This document shows positions 36,568 through 49,856 of a stretch of DNA of 64,000 nucleotides, piece by piece. Below the pieces are notes generated by a model. The model saw nothing but the letters and a program-made list of their open reading frames with translations. It made no database searches and was not told the origin of the DNA. Position 1 is the first letter of the stretch, and the number at the start of each line of letters is the position of its first letter. The translations under genes and the position numbers were made by a program. Source of the stretch: Rhizodiscina lignyota (Eukaryota); assembly GCA_010015805.1 (NCBI GenBank), contig ML978122.1, forward strand, positions 3,010,453 through 3,074,452. The letters are read 5' to 3'.

Positions 36568-39299
36568 ATGTCGTTCTTTGGCTTTGACGCCACCCTCCCT
36601 AGGGATCGTGGCCATCAGAACAACGCGCCTGGTTTTTCGCAGCCGCATGATGCTTTTGCTGGGCTGTCGGGTAGAGGTGCCGGTGCTGAGGATGATGCGT
36701 GAGTGGGAGCGAAAGAGGAGACCGCAAGATGAACCATACTAAGTCGCTACTTCTTTCAGCTTAGATTTCGAAGATACCTATGACGGCCTTGCCGACCAGC
36801 TCGACGAAGGCGACGATGTACTCAATGACGATACTTTTGGCGGCGAACCTGCCACGCAGCAGAATGTGGGAAGGGACTTTGACTTTTCTGGCCAGACTGC
36901 AAGGATTGCTGGGACAATGCAGGAGGAGCAGATGCTGTACAATGCACGACAACCACCTCCACGCGCAAGCCCTCCTAAGAAGGCGTCTAAGCCAGCTGCT
37001 ACGGGCTACGAGAAATATAAGCAGCCAGAGTATATTCCACAGCTGGAAGCGAATGCTAGCATTTGGGGACTCGGTCCGAAGAAGACAGCACCGGCCGCAC
37101 CTGCCGCACCTGCCGCACCCACATATGCTCCCCAAGCATATGCTGCTCCACAGCCGGCGCCAGCGGCACCGAATAGGAGGATGATGAGCTTGGAAGAGGT
37201 GGAGGCTATGATACGAACGCAGAGCAAACCACAGCCTCCAACTCAACAAGCACCGCCGATGGAGATACCAAACGTTGCATCCTTTCTGGGCGCCCCAGCA
37301 CCTGCTGTCCAGCCGCAAGCCCCTCCGCAACCTCAGCAACCGCAATACCCTGGGTTTGCCGGTCCCCCTCAGATATTGCAGAGGCCTCATCATGCAGAGC
37401 AGCGTCCACCTCAGCCACAGCCTCAGGTAGAATTACCTGCCCCGTCCATGCCTCAGCATCCACAAATTCTGCAACGCAACAGGACTCCGCAGGAACCGGA
37501 GCCTGCCTCACAAAGGCAAATGCCCAGACCTGCCCAGGCCCAGCGAGAGCAGCGAGAGTCTCCCCAACCGCGTCAGATCTTGCAAAATCCCAATAGATTG
37601 TCTGGCCAAGGCCAACCAATGTCGCCCCAGGCTCATCGGTCTCAGGACATGGGTCGTGGAGTTCCCAAGGGACCAAGCCACGGTAGAGGACCTTCTTTTC
37701 AAGGACAGGTTATCACTGATCCACAGCAAATTCTGCAATTGACCGAGGAGGAGCGTGCGCAATTCCTTGCAGAGGAAGCGAAACGTGCAAAGCGCAATCA
37801 CAAGATTCATCTGTTGTCCAAGGACAATGGTCTTATGACTCCACAAGACAAGAACTTCATCACACGTATTCAGCTGCAACAGCTCGTCACTGCCACTGGA
37901 AACATTGACGCTGTAGATGCAGGGCCGGAAGCTGCTCTAGTAGAAGACTTCTACTATCAAGTCTTCTCTTCAATCCGGGGAGCACCAAGAGCAAGCCCAA
38001 ATCAGCCCGCAAACCAGTTCGCACAGACTTACTTATTTGCGACCCATGGTCGCTATGGACGATTCGGAGCTCGTGGACCCCACGGGCGTGGCGACAATCA
38101 TATGCAGCGAATGGAACAGCAGGTCCAGCGTGCAGTAGAAGCGGCCAAAGCGAAACCGAAGAACAAGCAGTTGGTCATCGAAGGTAGTCTAGGAAAGATC
38201 TCTTTCAGCAATGCGAAGACGCCAAAGCCATTGCTGAATATCAAGCGGCCCGATTCTGCTGATGCGCGTCCAGCAAGCGCCGGAAATAGGAGGACTAGCC
38301 ATGGAATGCCAGTCCTAGACAGGAAGCGTGCACTTCGGGACATTGAGAATGTCTACTCGACATTGTTGGAGCTTGAAGGACATGAGCGACACATACCTCC
38401 GCCTCTGACAGAGGACAGCACAGCAGATGAGATCCAGGCACATATGGAGTGGAGGAGCAAGCTCCAAGGATACAACGAGAGGCTCTGGCGCGAGTTGAAG
38501 GTCATGGAACCAATCGTTCCAAAGTGAGTATCCTCTTTGCCCGTGCTGCTTCAATGCTAATTTTTCATGCAGCTCTCCTACTCCCCATTCCTTCATCGCC
38601 ATCCTCTCCCACGCGAAAGGCAAAAAGGCAATCCCGCGCATCTTCCGCCACCTTGACGAACAGCAGCGCATTACGATTCTCACAATAATAGTGGTGCATC
38701 TCGATTCCCTCGATGTCATCGCCCACGCTCTCCCCTCGTCAGCTGCATCCCCGCCACCAGCACAGCTTCCACCTGCAGTGCGCGAGGAGATTGAGCTCTT
38801 CTCGCAAGCGATCATGCCTCCACTCTTCAGCTACGTAAACGATGCTCCGCTCAACATCGTCGCCGGCTTGCTCGGCCTCGTACTTGAGCGCACGCATGTC
38901 TCACTTGTTCTGCGCACGAAGATCGGGCTTGCGATCCTTACAATGCTTGTCTCTCGTGCTGAGCTGGCCAAGCAATCTGCTCCATCGGACTCTACAGATG
39001 CGGATAGCTGGAACGCACAGTTCTCCCGTCTGTTTGATGTCGCAGAGCCTGTGCTGCCATACCTATTCCCCGGCAGTGTCGTGGGCGCAGACGATGTTCA
39101 TGTGTGGCAGTTCCTGGCAGCAATGGGTGCGGCTGCAAGCCCGGAGCAGCAGCAGAGGCTGGTGCTGGGAGTGAAGGAGAGAGTAATGGAGACGGTGGCA
39201 GTGGCAAGAACACTGCCGGGTGAGCTGAAGGAAAGGAGATTGGGCGAAGTAAATCTGTTCATGAGAGCGATTGGGTTGGATGTGGAGTTGCTTGGCTGA
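36568..39299 (+). CDS. PAT1: mRNA decapping activator Pat1 (3 exons)
   Basis: MSFFGFDATLPRD, LNDDTFG, MSLEEVEA, GLMTPQDKNFITRIQLQQL, GSLGKISFSNAKTPKPLL, and C-terminal VNLFMRAIGLDVELL. Confidence 0.95.
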
Positions 39300-41133
39300 G
39301 CCACGCCGAGGTGTCAATCTATGGTAAGGAACGATCAAGGCCGTTCATGAGAGCGAATGCTTGATGAGAGCGTCATTACGAAATACGAATCTGGTACTTC
39401 CACTTTGGGCATCTGAAAGTAGAGCAATTTCAATTCTTGTTGCACGAATCACAGGAGGGATCTGGATAGGTAGTAGGCATCCATCCGTATGCAGGGATGC
39501 AACATCAGCCTCGCAAGCATACCTGCTTCTACAAAGAAGGATATTGAAAAAGCAGGTTGGATTCACTCGGTCTTCTAGCTCCATTTGAGCCAATTCTTCT
39601 AACCTTAATCATTGAGTGTGTACGTAAGTCCCGGCGATCGCGCCGGTTCGCAAATATGCAAGGTCCTTCAATATGGAACAGCAAACAACGTTTGGTCGTT
39701 CGGGACACATTTCCAGATCAAGGTATATTAGTCTGTAAAACTTGTCCTCAGTAGACGCCGCCTACGTATCTATCTGGTGACGTTTTATGTCCATATTGAG
39801 CAGCTTGTCTGAGATTGATATTCCAAATCTGGTTCAAGAATACACGATGGTCGAGAGTAGATGAGTGGCTAGCCCTCCATATGTTCGTCGAGCAATCACA
39901 ATTAAGCAATGACGATGCATTTCACGGGGAGATTGTATTACTCCGTTCGCAAGGTTGGCATACGAACTTTGCGAGAAGTCATGGACGCTTCCTCGTCGTG
40001 TGCAAAAGCACGAGAGGTTGTGACATACGACGCAACAGGACTTCACTATACGAGGTGTGGGGAAAGCACAGCCTTATGCTCCTGACACGGCGAGCACATT
40101 ATTAGTCACAACTGCGGCTCTGCAGTGCCATTCGAGGTGTGGTGGAGCGGTGCGCTGAATCTGCGACTGCGAGAACGCCAGACGATGCCCAGCGGGTTTC
40201 AGATGCGCCCAAAGTGGCTTAGCGAGGCCCGCCCCTGGCGTGGCGCTTGTCGCAGAGACGCGAAACAGCGCGTAGCGCAGGCCGAACCTCTCCACCTCTC
40301 CACCTATTGTCCCTAAATTCGTGTGCACTATGCGGCGAAACCTCTCCGTCAACACCCTGTCGTGCGAGACTCAATCTGCCGCAGCCATCCCGGTCCTCTT
40401 GCAAACCGCCACAAAGCTTGGTGAAAAACATCTGTGGAGCTTTCCGCCGCGCAAGAGATTCCTAACCCTCCTGGCCAACCAATCATCCCCGGCACCCCGA
40501 GCCAGTCCTTCATGCTTGCGTTTGCCTATGTAGCGCCTCACGTTTTGCCCTACGTTTGAAGAGTTTCTTCATTGCCCATCGCGAGCCTCTCTGCTCTCTG
40601 GCTGCATCCGCTCGGAGCGGCCTTTGGTTTCCTTCAGTGCCGTACTCCGCCGCTCGTTTCAATGGCCCTGATGCTTCGTCAGTGCCGTGTCGCAGTACAC
40701 CCGGCTGGGCGCTCTTGCTCGAAGCTCATGGACTCATTGTTTCTAACTGTGTGTTGAGAACAATGGGGGATTGTCTCTGCTTGACAGCATTGACATTCTG
40801 GCTTGGCCCAGGCTCCAGATCTCCTTACTATTATGGCGCAGCTCACAATTGACATTGTTCCCATTTAGTATACTTCAAGTCACGCCCCCAGGGCTCTTCT
40901 TCTTCTCTTCTCTCTATCTCTTCTGTCACTTGTATTCCTGTGGCATAGCTCTCTTTCGCTATTCCCTTCTTCCCTTTCCTATCCTTCCCTTCTCTCTTTC
41001 TTTTCACGGGCCGCGCCCTGCTGCATAGAAGGCGGCTTTTGAGTTTCTGCTTTGGGTATTAATTCTTATCGTGATACCCTTTCTACCCACACCTGTGGAA
41101 TACCGCTTGCTGCCGGACAGCCATATACCCAAC

Positions 41134-42521
41134 ATGCATTCACTTCGAGCACTCGCCTTCGTCGTCACTCTTTTGGTATGCCTTGCTGCTGCCACTCCTG
41201 TGCAGAAGAGATCATTCAAGATACGCACTCGACGCTCTCCAATGCCGAACCATCCCGATGCTGGCGCCGCTGCTATGCTGAAGGTCTTCCGCAAATTCGG
41301 TTTCAACACGGATCTCCTCAAGAGACAGAATACCACGACAGGAGGTACTCAGACCGGCACCACTGCAGCTGTATCGGAATCCAATGATTCCGAGTTCTTA
41401 GAGCCTGTCACTGTTGGTGGACAGAAATTCAACTTGGACTTTGACACCGGCTCTTCTGATCTGTACGCACTACTCATTTTCTGGAAGAAGGAATTGCGGA
41501 AGTTCATAAACTAATCCGAATTGCAGTTGGGTTTTCAGCACTTCGCTCTCGCAACAGACCATTGGCCAGCACTCCGCGTACGATCCAACGAAGAGCAACA
41601 CCGTTCAGCCAATGCAAGGAGCCACATGGCAAATCTCCTACGGTGATGGGTCTGGCGCAGCTGGTACTGTCGTTACCGACCAGGTCAACATTGGCGGTGC
41701 TACGGTGACAACGCAAGCCGTCGAGATGGCAACTGCTCTATCTCAATCATTCGTTCAGGACACTGATAACGACGGTCTTGTCGGTCTTGCATTCAGCAAA
41801 CTCAACACTGGTAAGCACTTCTAATCAATTCTATCCTCAAATTAGTGCGGCATGATCTGATTTCCAAACTAGTCCAACCCACGCAGCAGAAGACATTCTT
41901 CGATAACATCATGCCATCCCTGCAAATGCCAGTATTCTCCGTTGACCTCCGTGGCAACAGCTCCGCTGGTTCTTATACGTTTGGCGCCATCGACCAGACC
42001 AAGTTCCAAGGCAGCCTCACGAACGTGCCGGTCGACAACTCGCAAGGTTTCTGGATGGTCACGTCGAATTCATTCGCCGTCGGCAACCAGGTCCAGCAGA
42101 ACCCCCAAGGCAGCCCTGCTATTGCTGGTATGTTTTCCCTGCTTACAACCATGTGAACTGCCAAGGACATGTACTAATCCTTAATCCAGACACCGGTACT
42201 TCCCTCGTCCTCGTCGACGACAACGTCGCCCAAGCCTACTACTCCCAAGTCCCCGGCGCCACAAACAACGCTCAAGTCGGCGGTTTCACCTACTCCTGCA
42301 ACGCGCAGTTGCCCAACTTCTCCGTCGCGCTAGGTAACTACATGGCCACCATCCCAGGCAACATGGTCACCTTCGCGCAGGTCGACGCGAACACGTGCTT
42401 CGGCGGCGTGCAGAGCAACCAGGGCTCCGGCATGCAGATCTACGGCGACGTCATGTTCAAGACGCAGTACGTCGTCTTCGACGGCTCCACGCCACAGCTC
42501 ATGCTCGCGCCTAAGGCATAG
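41134..42521 (+). CDS. Secreted pepsin-like aspartic protease (aspergillopepsin family), 4 exons
   Basis: Signal peptide, KR processing sites, catalytic DFDTGSSDLW and IA|DTGTS, SYGDGS, IYGDVMFK. Confidence 0.93.
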
Positions 42522-43991
42522 GAAGAAAGCGCCCCCGAGCCGGAAGGCAAGGTCAACCCTAACCAGGGTGACCAAAACCAAGCGCAAAAAGATGCGTGCA
42601 AGGGTGTTAAGAGTATCAATCTGGGGTGTATTCAGAAGACTACGGACGGGAAGTCGGGAATGACGCGGAGGAGGAAAATTCGGCGATGGCTGGGCCTCCC
42701 CTGATGCGTATTCTGGCGTTCGCTGGGTTGGGACTGACCCGGCAGATTCAGTGAATCTTTGTATAGAGATTAGGCTATCGCACGTTCTGTCTTGAGGCGA
42801 TATGCTGCATTGCAGTCCTCGTAATGAACTCTTGGACTACACGTCATTTCCAAACCTGAAATTCCTTCAAGTGACAATATTAAGACCTCAATTGATAGCA
42901 TATCCAAGCACAGGTGAAACATCACCTCCCTGTCAAAGATTTGACAAATAGGTGCCTCGCTGTGTAGTGTGGAGTCTCCCGAGGAAAGTGGCATCGTAAC
43001 GATTTTGAATTTGCTCAAGTCCGCGCAGGCGTATTGAGTGGACTCCCGTCACGATCAAATACACATTTAGCAACACCACGATGCCCGACATTCATTTTCA
43101 ACTTGGAAAAAAAAAATTTACAGTTCGTTTTCCCTAGGGACAAAAGATATGCAAAAAAGAAAAAAACATACAACAGGAGGGATTCCCACGTGGTCACCCA
43201 CCGTAGTACTAACTTCCCGCTTCGTGGCTTGAGTAAGGTCGATCGGACGAGAGGCCCTATTTTCCACGAGCTATGGTCGTATGTGCTAGAAGTGGCTCTA
43301 CAGTTTGTTTATGAAACTTCAATGAAAATTCGTCCTTGACATTACCGCGACCGATTTTCCCAATTCCGCGCGCGGTGTATGAGCGGACTCCGATCACTCT
43401 TCTACACGATCTCCATTCATACGCGTAGTCTGCGCTCCGACTTGCACATTTCACCGCTATCGCTCCTTCGTACTATATCTACTCTACATGGAGTACGTAG
43501 ATGATGGCAAATACATGAATTCTTGCAAGTTCACGCACACGCGACGAGCGTACTCCGCGTATGATTGAATTGAAGCTCCGCGAACGGTTGGGCGAGGCCA
43601 ACCTTAACACTCCAACTTAGAAATTTCAACTGCACCTGCACCTGCACTTCTACCATCCTGCTTTAGAATTTGTGAATCTTACTAATTTTCGAGGGCAAGC
43701 TGTTTGAAGAGGTAGATGGAACCTCCGAGTACTTGGATATTGTTGGCCTTGCTAGATCGACAACATGGCCATGACATGCAGTGAAGGATAGCGCCTTCTC
43801 CTGCTCATTTAGCTATCTATCCTCTCCCCAGGCCGGATATGCCCTCCATGGCCGTTTTAGTACCCGGGACGTAAGTGCGACACCAGCGAGGAATTCAGAC
43901 GCACTTCAGGCACCATAACAGAACTAGCAAGAGAGGACGTGTCACCGACGCCTCAGGCGAGATACCAACGCCCTCCTCGGCAATCATCTCA

Positions 43992-44627
43992 TCAATCAAT
44001 AGGAATGAACCCTGGCAAGCTACGAACCCTTGAAATCCAGCTCTTCACAGCCGGGTAAGGATCCAGCGAGATATTCCCCATAGGAGCGAGAGCCACATAG
44101 GCAAAAACTGCAACATCCGCAATCGTCGGTCTTCCCAGTGCAAGCCACTCGTTCGCGCGAAGCTTCGTCTGCAAAATCTCAAGGGATTTGATTCCTTTGG
44201 TGGTAGCTTTCGCCAAAGCCGGTTCGCTGAGCGTCGAAACTCCTTTGAAGATGACGATGAAGCGAGCAAGAGCAACGCCAGTTTGAATCCAGCTGCTGGC
44301 GAATGCAAGCCAATCGACAATCGCGGCTTGCTCGGCGACATCGTTGGACCAGAATGACGAAGGCGTCTCGGTTGTACCAGGATCTGAGCGCGAGCCCGCA
44401 AGATAAACCAGTATTGCAGCCGAGTCTGTGAAAGTTTTTTCGCCGTGTACCAGGACAGGAATTTGACCACGGGGATTGATCGCCAGGAAGTCTGGTGAAT
44501 GTTGCTGATCGTTGAGGAGGCGGTCTAATTCAATGAATTCCAGCTCGATGCCCAGGAGAGCTGCAAGGAGGCGGACTTTGTAGCAGTTGCCGGAATCCTT
44601 CCGTGTGTATAACTTTGGAGGTGCCAT
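43992..44627 (-). CDS. Glutathione S-transferase (intronless)
   Basis: SGNCYKVRL, NPRGQIPVL, DSAAILVYLA, PTIADVA, YPAVKSWISRV. Confidence 0.92.
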   Translation of the reverse strand: MAPPKLYTRKDSGNCYKVRLLAALLGIELEFIELDRLLNDQQHSPDFLAINPRGQIPVLVHGEKTFTDSAAILVYLAGSRSDPGTTETPSSFWSNDVAEQAAIVDWLAFASSWIQTGVALARFIVIFKGVSTLSEPALAKATTKGIKSLEILQTKLRANEWLALGRPTIADVAVFAYVALAPMGNISLDPYPAVKSWISRVRSLPGFIPID

Positions 44628-45674
44628 CTCGACAAGCTTCTCGAGAGATGGATTGGATTATAACGAGCGACACCACGGCCCCATATAAATCCTCAAAAGT
44701 GCAGAACGAGCACAAGGCTACACAAAGAATAAAGCCAGTCGATACTGATCCTTCAGATTGAGTTTTAATCCGCACCGAAAACGCTTTCAATTGGCTCCGA
44801 CTCCGGCGCCGGTTCCGGATCCAGGTCTCAATACCGCTTCAATCACTTTTCGTCGGTAGAAAGGTAACAGCAATGTAACTTTTTCTTGCTCTGTAGTGTC
44901 TACTTCAGCGTTGCAAGCGTTGCTCTACGAAGGAGCTGGTTTCCGGTGAGCGAACGAGACTGGTGGCGTCCCTTTTCCGTGACAATGAGAAGCAAAACTT
45001 CTGAGGTTCGTAGGGCAAGCTACTCCCTAACAGCCTTAAATGTAACTTCACCGATGTAAGGAAACTTCTTAGAAGTGCCGAGGGCAACTTTGATAGAGTG
45101 GCTCCGCGGAAACTAGCTCCTTCTGTTAGGGTCGTATATATACGCCTTCTAACGTCTGAATATTAGATGTTCAGACATTGTTACCTTTTTGGTGGTCTAT
45201 GCAGCTAGCGCATGAGATCTAACACCTTCGTAGCTCCTAATCTTCTTGTTCGTACGGGGGAGCGTGCTTACTTCCTTACTTCCTTCCTTTAAGGACTCCT
45301 CAAAGTCTATTATCATAGAATGCTGACTATTTGCTATCAAATCGATAAGATCTATGAATCTAAGTTGCTCAAAGAGGACGGGAAACGCCCACTGCATGTC
45401 AAGTGATACAGATTACTTCCTAAAACGCCGCTCACATTAAAATGTAGATAAATGCTATCCAGTGTATATTTAATTAAGCTTTCAGAGATACCATTACTCA
45501 TGCTAAAGAACAAAACTTATTCTTACCGCGACCGTTCAGTTAATCCAGCTCGACTATTTTGACAAACACAGATATGGTCCAGTCCACATGCAGTAAGCTC
45601 AAAAGCTGAATAAAAAATGACTAATCAAGATGCGCCTAAACCGACATCCCCGTTTCCATCTTCGGTCCTTAACA

Positions 45675-47752
45675 ATGGCTACTCCTCAAGAACCTGCTAG
45701 CGGCTCTAAAAAGACAGCATGTATAGGGTGCAGGCAACAAAAGGTTGGTGGCTTGGACTATTGCGTTCATAAATTGAGACCTCATTGACCATTGCCGTAT
45801 TAGATGCGATGCGTAGGGGGTTCCGAGGAGCCGGCGACTCCCTGCTCTCGCTGTCGGCGGCTTAATTTATCTTGTGTCTATTCAGCTCCATTTCAGCGAG
45901 TGCATAAGCGAAAGTGCGCATCATCTTATCCTCTTGTCTGTTCTATCTCATAAATATCAAGGCGCATGCAAGAGCTTGAAGAGGAGACCTCTGCCTTACG
46001 ACGAGAATTGCAAGTGGTTATTCCGCCCGCTCCGCGTGAGTGCTCTCCATTTTAAACGTGCTCTCCATCGGTAACTAATAGGCTAAGCGCAGCACACGTT
46101 CAGATCACAAGAATAAGCGAACCGACAGAGAGCAGATCGATTGATGGAATCGACCTTGGGCCTGCCATCATAGACCACGCTTTCAAGTTGTTCTTTCGCG
46201 ACTTTCATCCTCTGCTCCCAGTTCTCGATCCAACAGTCACACCAAATGTCCTCTATGGAAAATCCCCGGTCCTCTTCTGGGTGGTCGTCTCCATCGGCTC
46301 TCGCAAACATCTAGTCTTTCCGAGACTGATCGATGCTCTATCTCCTCGGGTTTCCTCGCTTGTCTTGTCTTCGCTCAGTTCTCGAACCAACCCACTTGAA
46401 TCAATCAAAGCTATACTACTGCTCCTTGAATGGCCATTCCCATCTACCTCCTATCGGAAAGACCCCTCGTTTGTGCTGAGCGGTGCGCTCATTCACATGG
46501 CCATGCAAAACGGGCTGCATACCCCATCTATTCTCTGCATAGAGATACAGAAGTTGGGTGCCGAATCTAGCTTCTTCGACCCTTCCGACATTGAGAGAGC
46601 CAAACTGTGGGCTTACGTTGTCGTTCTCTACCAACGGTATGATTTGCTGTTCCACCGCGAATATTTGCTCACATAACGCAGGACTTGCACCGGGGGCGGC
46701 CATCCTGCTTTGTGGTCTGTCGATACTTACACCGAGCAAGACCAGTTCAAGCGCATCTTACCGCAGCTTCCAGCCGAGTTACAGTTGCAATTACAGCTAG
46801 CCACTATAATGTCTCGCGCCCAGAGAACGTTTGTCCAATTCGGCTTGCCAAAACTGTCTTCACAGCAGGAACGAACTTTGGATTCCGTTTTGCAAATGGT
46901 AACAACTCAACTCGATACTGTGGAATCCAGAGCATCATCAGGTACGTCTCAAGCATTTCGGGAATCGACTGTAGAACTAACATGCTTCTGGAATGGGAGC
47001 GGTTTTATGTGGGAGCTTGCCGTCTGGAGGTCGCCGCCATGCACTTCTTCAAGTCATCAGAGGCACTCGATGTACAGGCCTGTCAATTCATCTTTGACAC
47101 GATAGTCAAAGTCTACGAGTTCATCCGAGACCAAGAGAAAGCTCACAAGCTCAGCAGCTTTTGTCCAAATTCTGTCATTTCCGCAGTTATGATGGGACAA
47201 GCTCTGATGCTTCGAATACACAAAGGCCCGATGGCCGCCTACGTCGATCAAGAGCGGGGATCCGCGCTCTTCCATGCAATTGTCAGCTTCATAAAGGCTG
47301 TTGCGCTTGAGCACGGTGACAAGCCTACTAAGGTAGTATCATTTTCCGAGCAAATGTGGGGCAGCAGCAAGGCATTCAAAAATGCTGATGGGAGTCTGGA
47401 CCTCGCTTTACGAGTCAGAAACAGGCTCTCTATCAGCCTTGTCCATGATGCTATCATTCGCTGGAGAGAAGAATTCCTCACTCCCGATAGACCAGTTGAT
47501 CTCCAGCAGCACACCGGTATGTTTCACATTTGTATGCAAATGTAAAAATGAGCTAGACACTAATGTTCTGTACAAGCCTCCATACTGCCCGCAAATGCCG
47601 CCGCTCACTCAGATCCAATCGCTCCGAACATTGGACAGGATGATTTTGCTGCCACCTTGGGTACGGAGGCAGCTATGATGCCCATGAACGGGTTGTTTGG
47701 GGATTTTTGCTTCGACCTGGATGACCTCTGGCGCACTCCTGACTGGCAGTGA
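45675..47752 (+). CDS. Zn(II)2Cys6 fungal transcription factor (multi-exon)
   Basis: Spliced zinc cluster ACIGCRQQK|MRC...PCSRCRRLNLSC. Middle homology region FFRDFHPLLPVLD...LIHMAMQNGLH...ERAKLWAY. Acidic C-terminal tail ending TGA 47752. Confidence 0.88.
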
Positions 47753-47922
47753 CACCGTCGTCAAAACGACCTCTTCCTGGTTAGCCGGAATCGGTAAGCG
47801 AAGTGAGGCATGCTGAGTTTCACTTCGCTTATATGCGGACGCTTAACTTGCAGCTTACGCACGTAGATTGAGCATCACTCTCATCGGACTCAACTACAGC
47901 TGAGATCAACTTTAATCATTGC

Positions 47923-48935
47923 CTACAAGAATAGAGCAGCTATGATTCCCACACAACTCAGAACGACCGGTGTGTTGTCCCACATCCGCGCTGCAGTGCC
48001 TTCGAATTGCGAGGTAGCGGGACTTGAAGCTGGCGTAACAGTGCTACTTCCACTGCCACTGCTGCTCGAAGGCGATATGGTACCATTACTGCCGCCTTTC
48101 ACCATTTCAAAATTTGCGCAAGTCAATCTGGTTGTGTTCATGCTATGAATGACGATGCTCTTGTCGCCGAAAAAGTACGGACTGCTGGGGTCGGTAGAGA
48201 GGAACATATCGGTGTACGTGGTCATGAAAGATGACGATGTGATATTGCCATGCTTTCCTGCGAGATCACCTGCCTGGCAGGTTTGGGGCGCGTTTTGCTC
48301 GCAGGGGTGAAGCTCTCCACGGTTTGTTGGGTCGAGGTGACCGAGAGTTGCTGTGCAGTTGCCGTCGGCGGGAACAGGCATGGCGTGGACGTGATAGACT
48401 GTGATTGTAAGCTATGAATTGACAGCTAAGCTTGGGAGGCTGATTCCAGAAACCGATTCTGATTTTGAGTTGCAAGAATGAGAACGACATACCGAAGGGG
48501 CCATATTGAGCTTCGTTTGGGAATCCGGTGAAGTCAATAGTAAACGTGACACCAGTACCATTAGCCACTGAAGTTCCTGTGATAGAGCCCGTAATGGTAG
48601 AGCCAGTCAGGTTATCGAAGTTAGTGCTGGGAAGCACAGCTCGGTATGATGCGGCTGGCAGGTTGCTTTGAACAGAGGCATTCCCTCCAGGGCCTAGACG
48701 ACATTGAGTCAATAATACCTGCGGCAAGCTAGATAAAATGTAGGAGAGGAAACGAACCCGTAAATCCTGGAATTGGCGGTCCATCGTACGTGATAGCGCC
48801 CTCGATGGTCTCAACGCCGCTGAACGGGGTCGGAACAATGGGATCGACGCCGCTCTGGGTGCTGGTAAGAAGAACCGGTGGAGGCGGAGCTTGAGCGGCA
48901 GTGATGGCGACAAACGCCGCAAGGGAGAGCTTCAT
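47923..48935 (-). CDS. Secreted/GPI-anchored Cu-only superoxide dismutase (Sod5-like), 3 exons
   Basis: Signal peptide MKLSLAAFVAITAA, GPF|VYHVHAMPVPADGNCTATLGHLDP, TCQAGDLAGKHG, SIVIH...RLTCANF. Ser-rich stalk and hydrophobic GPI-like C-terminus. Confidence 0.9.
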
Positions 48936-49856
48936 GTGCATCGCTAAAAAGCTGTAGACACTTGTCCAAATGAGGGAGCAAGTAGTCGTTGCGTTGGGCA
49001 GAGGAGAAGTCAAATGAGCAGCGTTCGTGTCGTTCAGGCAGCTTTCACGGGAAGATTATGAGGATGCCTCGTTCGTGAACGAATGCAACCGCCAAGGGAA
49101 AAATCTTATGTAGATGAAAAGTCAGACTGAGAAATAAACAAGTATATAGGAGGAACCGCTCGCTCGAGCTCGTCCCTGTCTACGACTGAACCTTCCAACA
49201 TTCTGCCGCGGAATCGAGTACGTCAAGGGCACAATGACATCAAGACTTTTGGGTTTACCCAAGAAGAGACTGGAGAAATGCTGCCCGCAGAGGATGGCGA
49301 AGGACACGACGAAGCAAGCAGTCAGGGAACAGGTGGATAGCGGAAAGAGAACGCGGGAGAACAGATGTGGGGAATGTGAATCATCTCATTCCCCTTTGGC
49401 CCGGAAAGCTTCTCCCCCACCAATAGCATAGTTTCGGAGGAAAATGCGATGTGGAGGTTTGGATTGAGTGAAATTGAAGAGCAGTGGGTGCGTGCGGACC
49501 AGTTCCCGATTCGTCGTGTATCAATAAAGTGACATCAAGACTTGGCAGGGGATTTGATGTTTGGCTGGGATAGTGCTGCTCTATCGTAGCGGGGAAACGC
49601 AGTTGCTAGTGCTTGGGAACAACCAGTTGTAAATTGCAGCAAGTATCTTACTTATAACAAAGCATCCTCAAATAGCATTAACGGCGCAGAGTACTCAGAT
49701 ACAAATGCCCAAGTGCGACTCCGAACGTATATTATACTGATGCGATTGAACCTTTAACACCGAGATTGTAAGTTAGGTAGTTTTAGGCGTTCAGCTTAGC
49801 GTTGAAGAAATTCGCGTCTTGATGCCGAGCCTCTTCATCACCCCGACAACTGTAAT

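Noticed and set aside
39345..41050. Many 60-110 aa ORFs between PAT1 and the aspartic protease
   Set aside because: No coding bias or motifs; consistent with a long promoter and pyrimidine-rich leader.
42770..43900. A-tracts, (CTGCAC)x3 and TACTCCG-type motifs considered as a mobile element or ncRNA
   Set aside because: No terminal repeats, target duplication or RNA-gene consensus; simple-sequence intergenic DNA.
44900..45600. TpA-rich stretch between the GST and TF genes as a RIP-degraded transposon relic
   Set aside because: Composition is suggestive, but no transposase or RT motif could be read.
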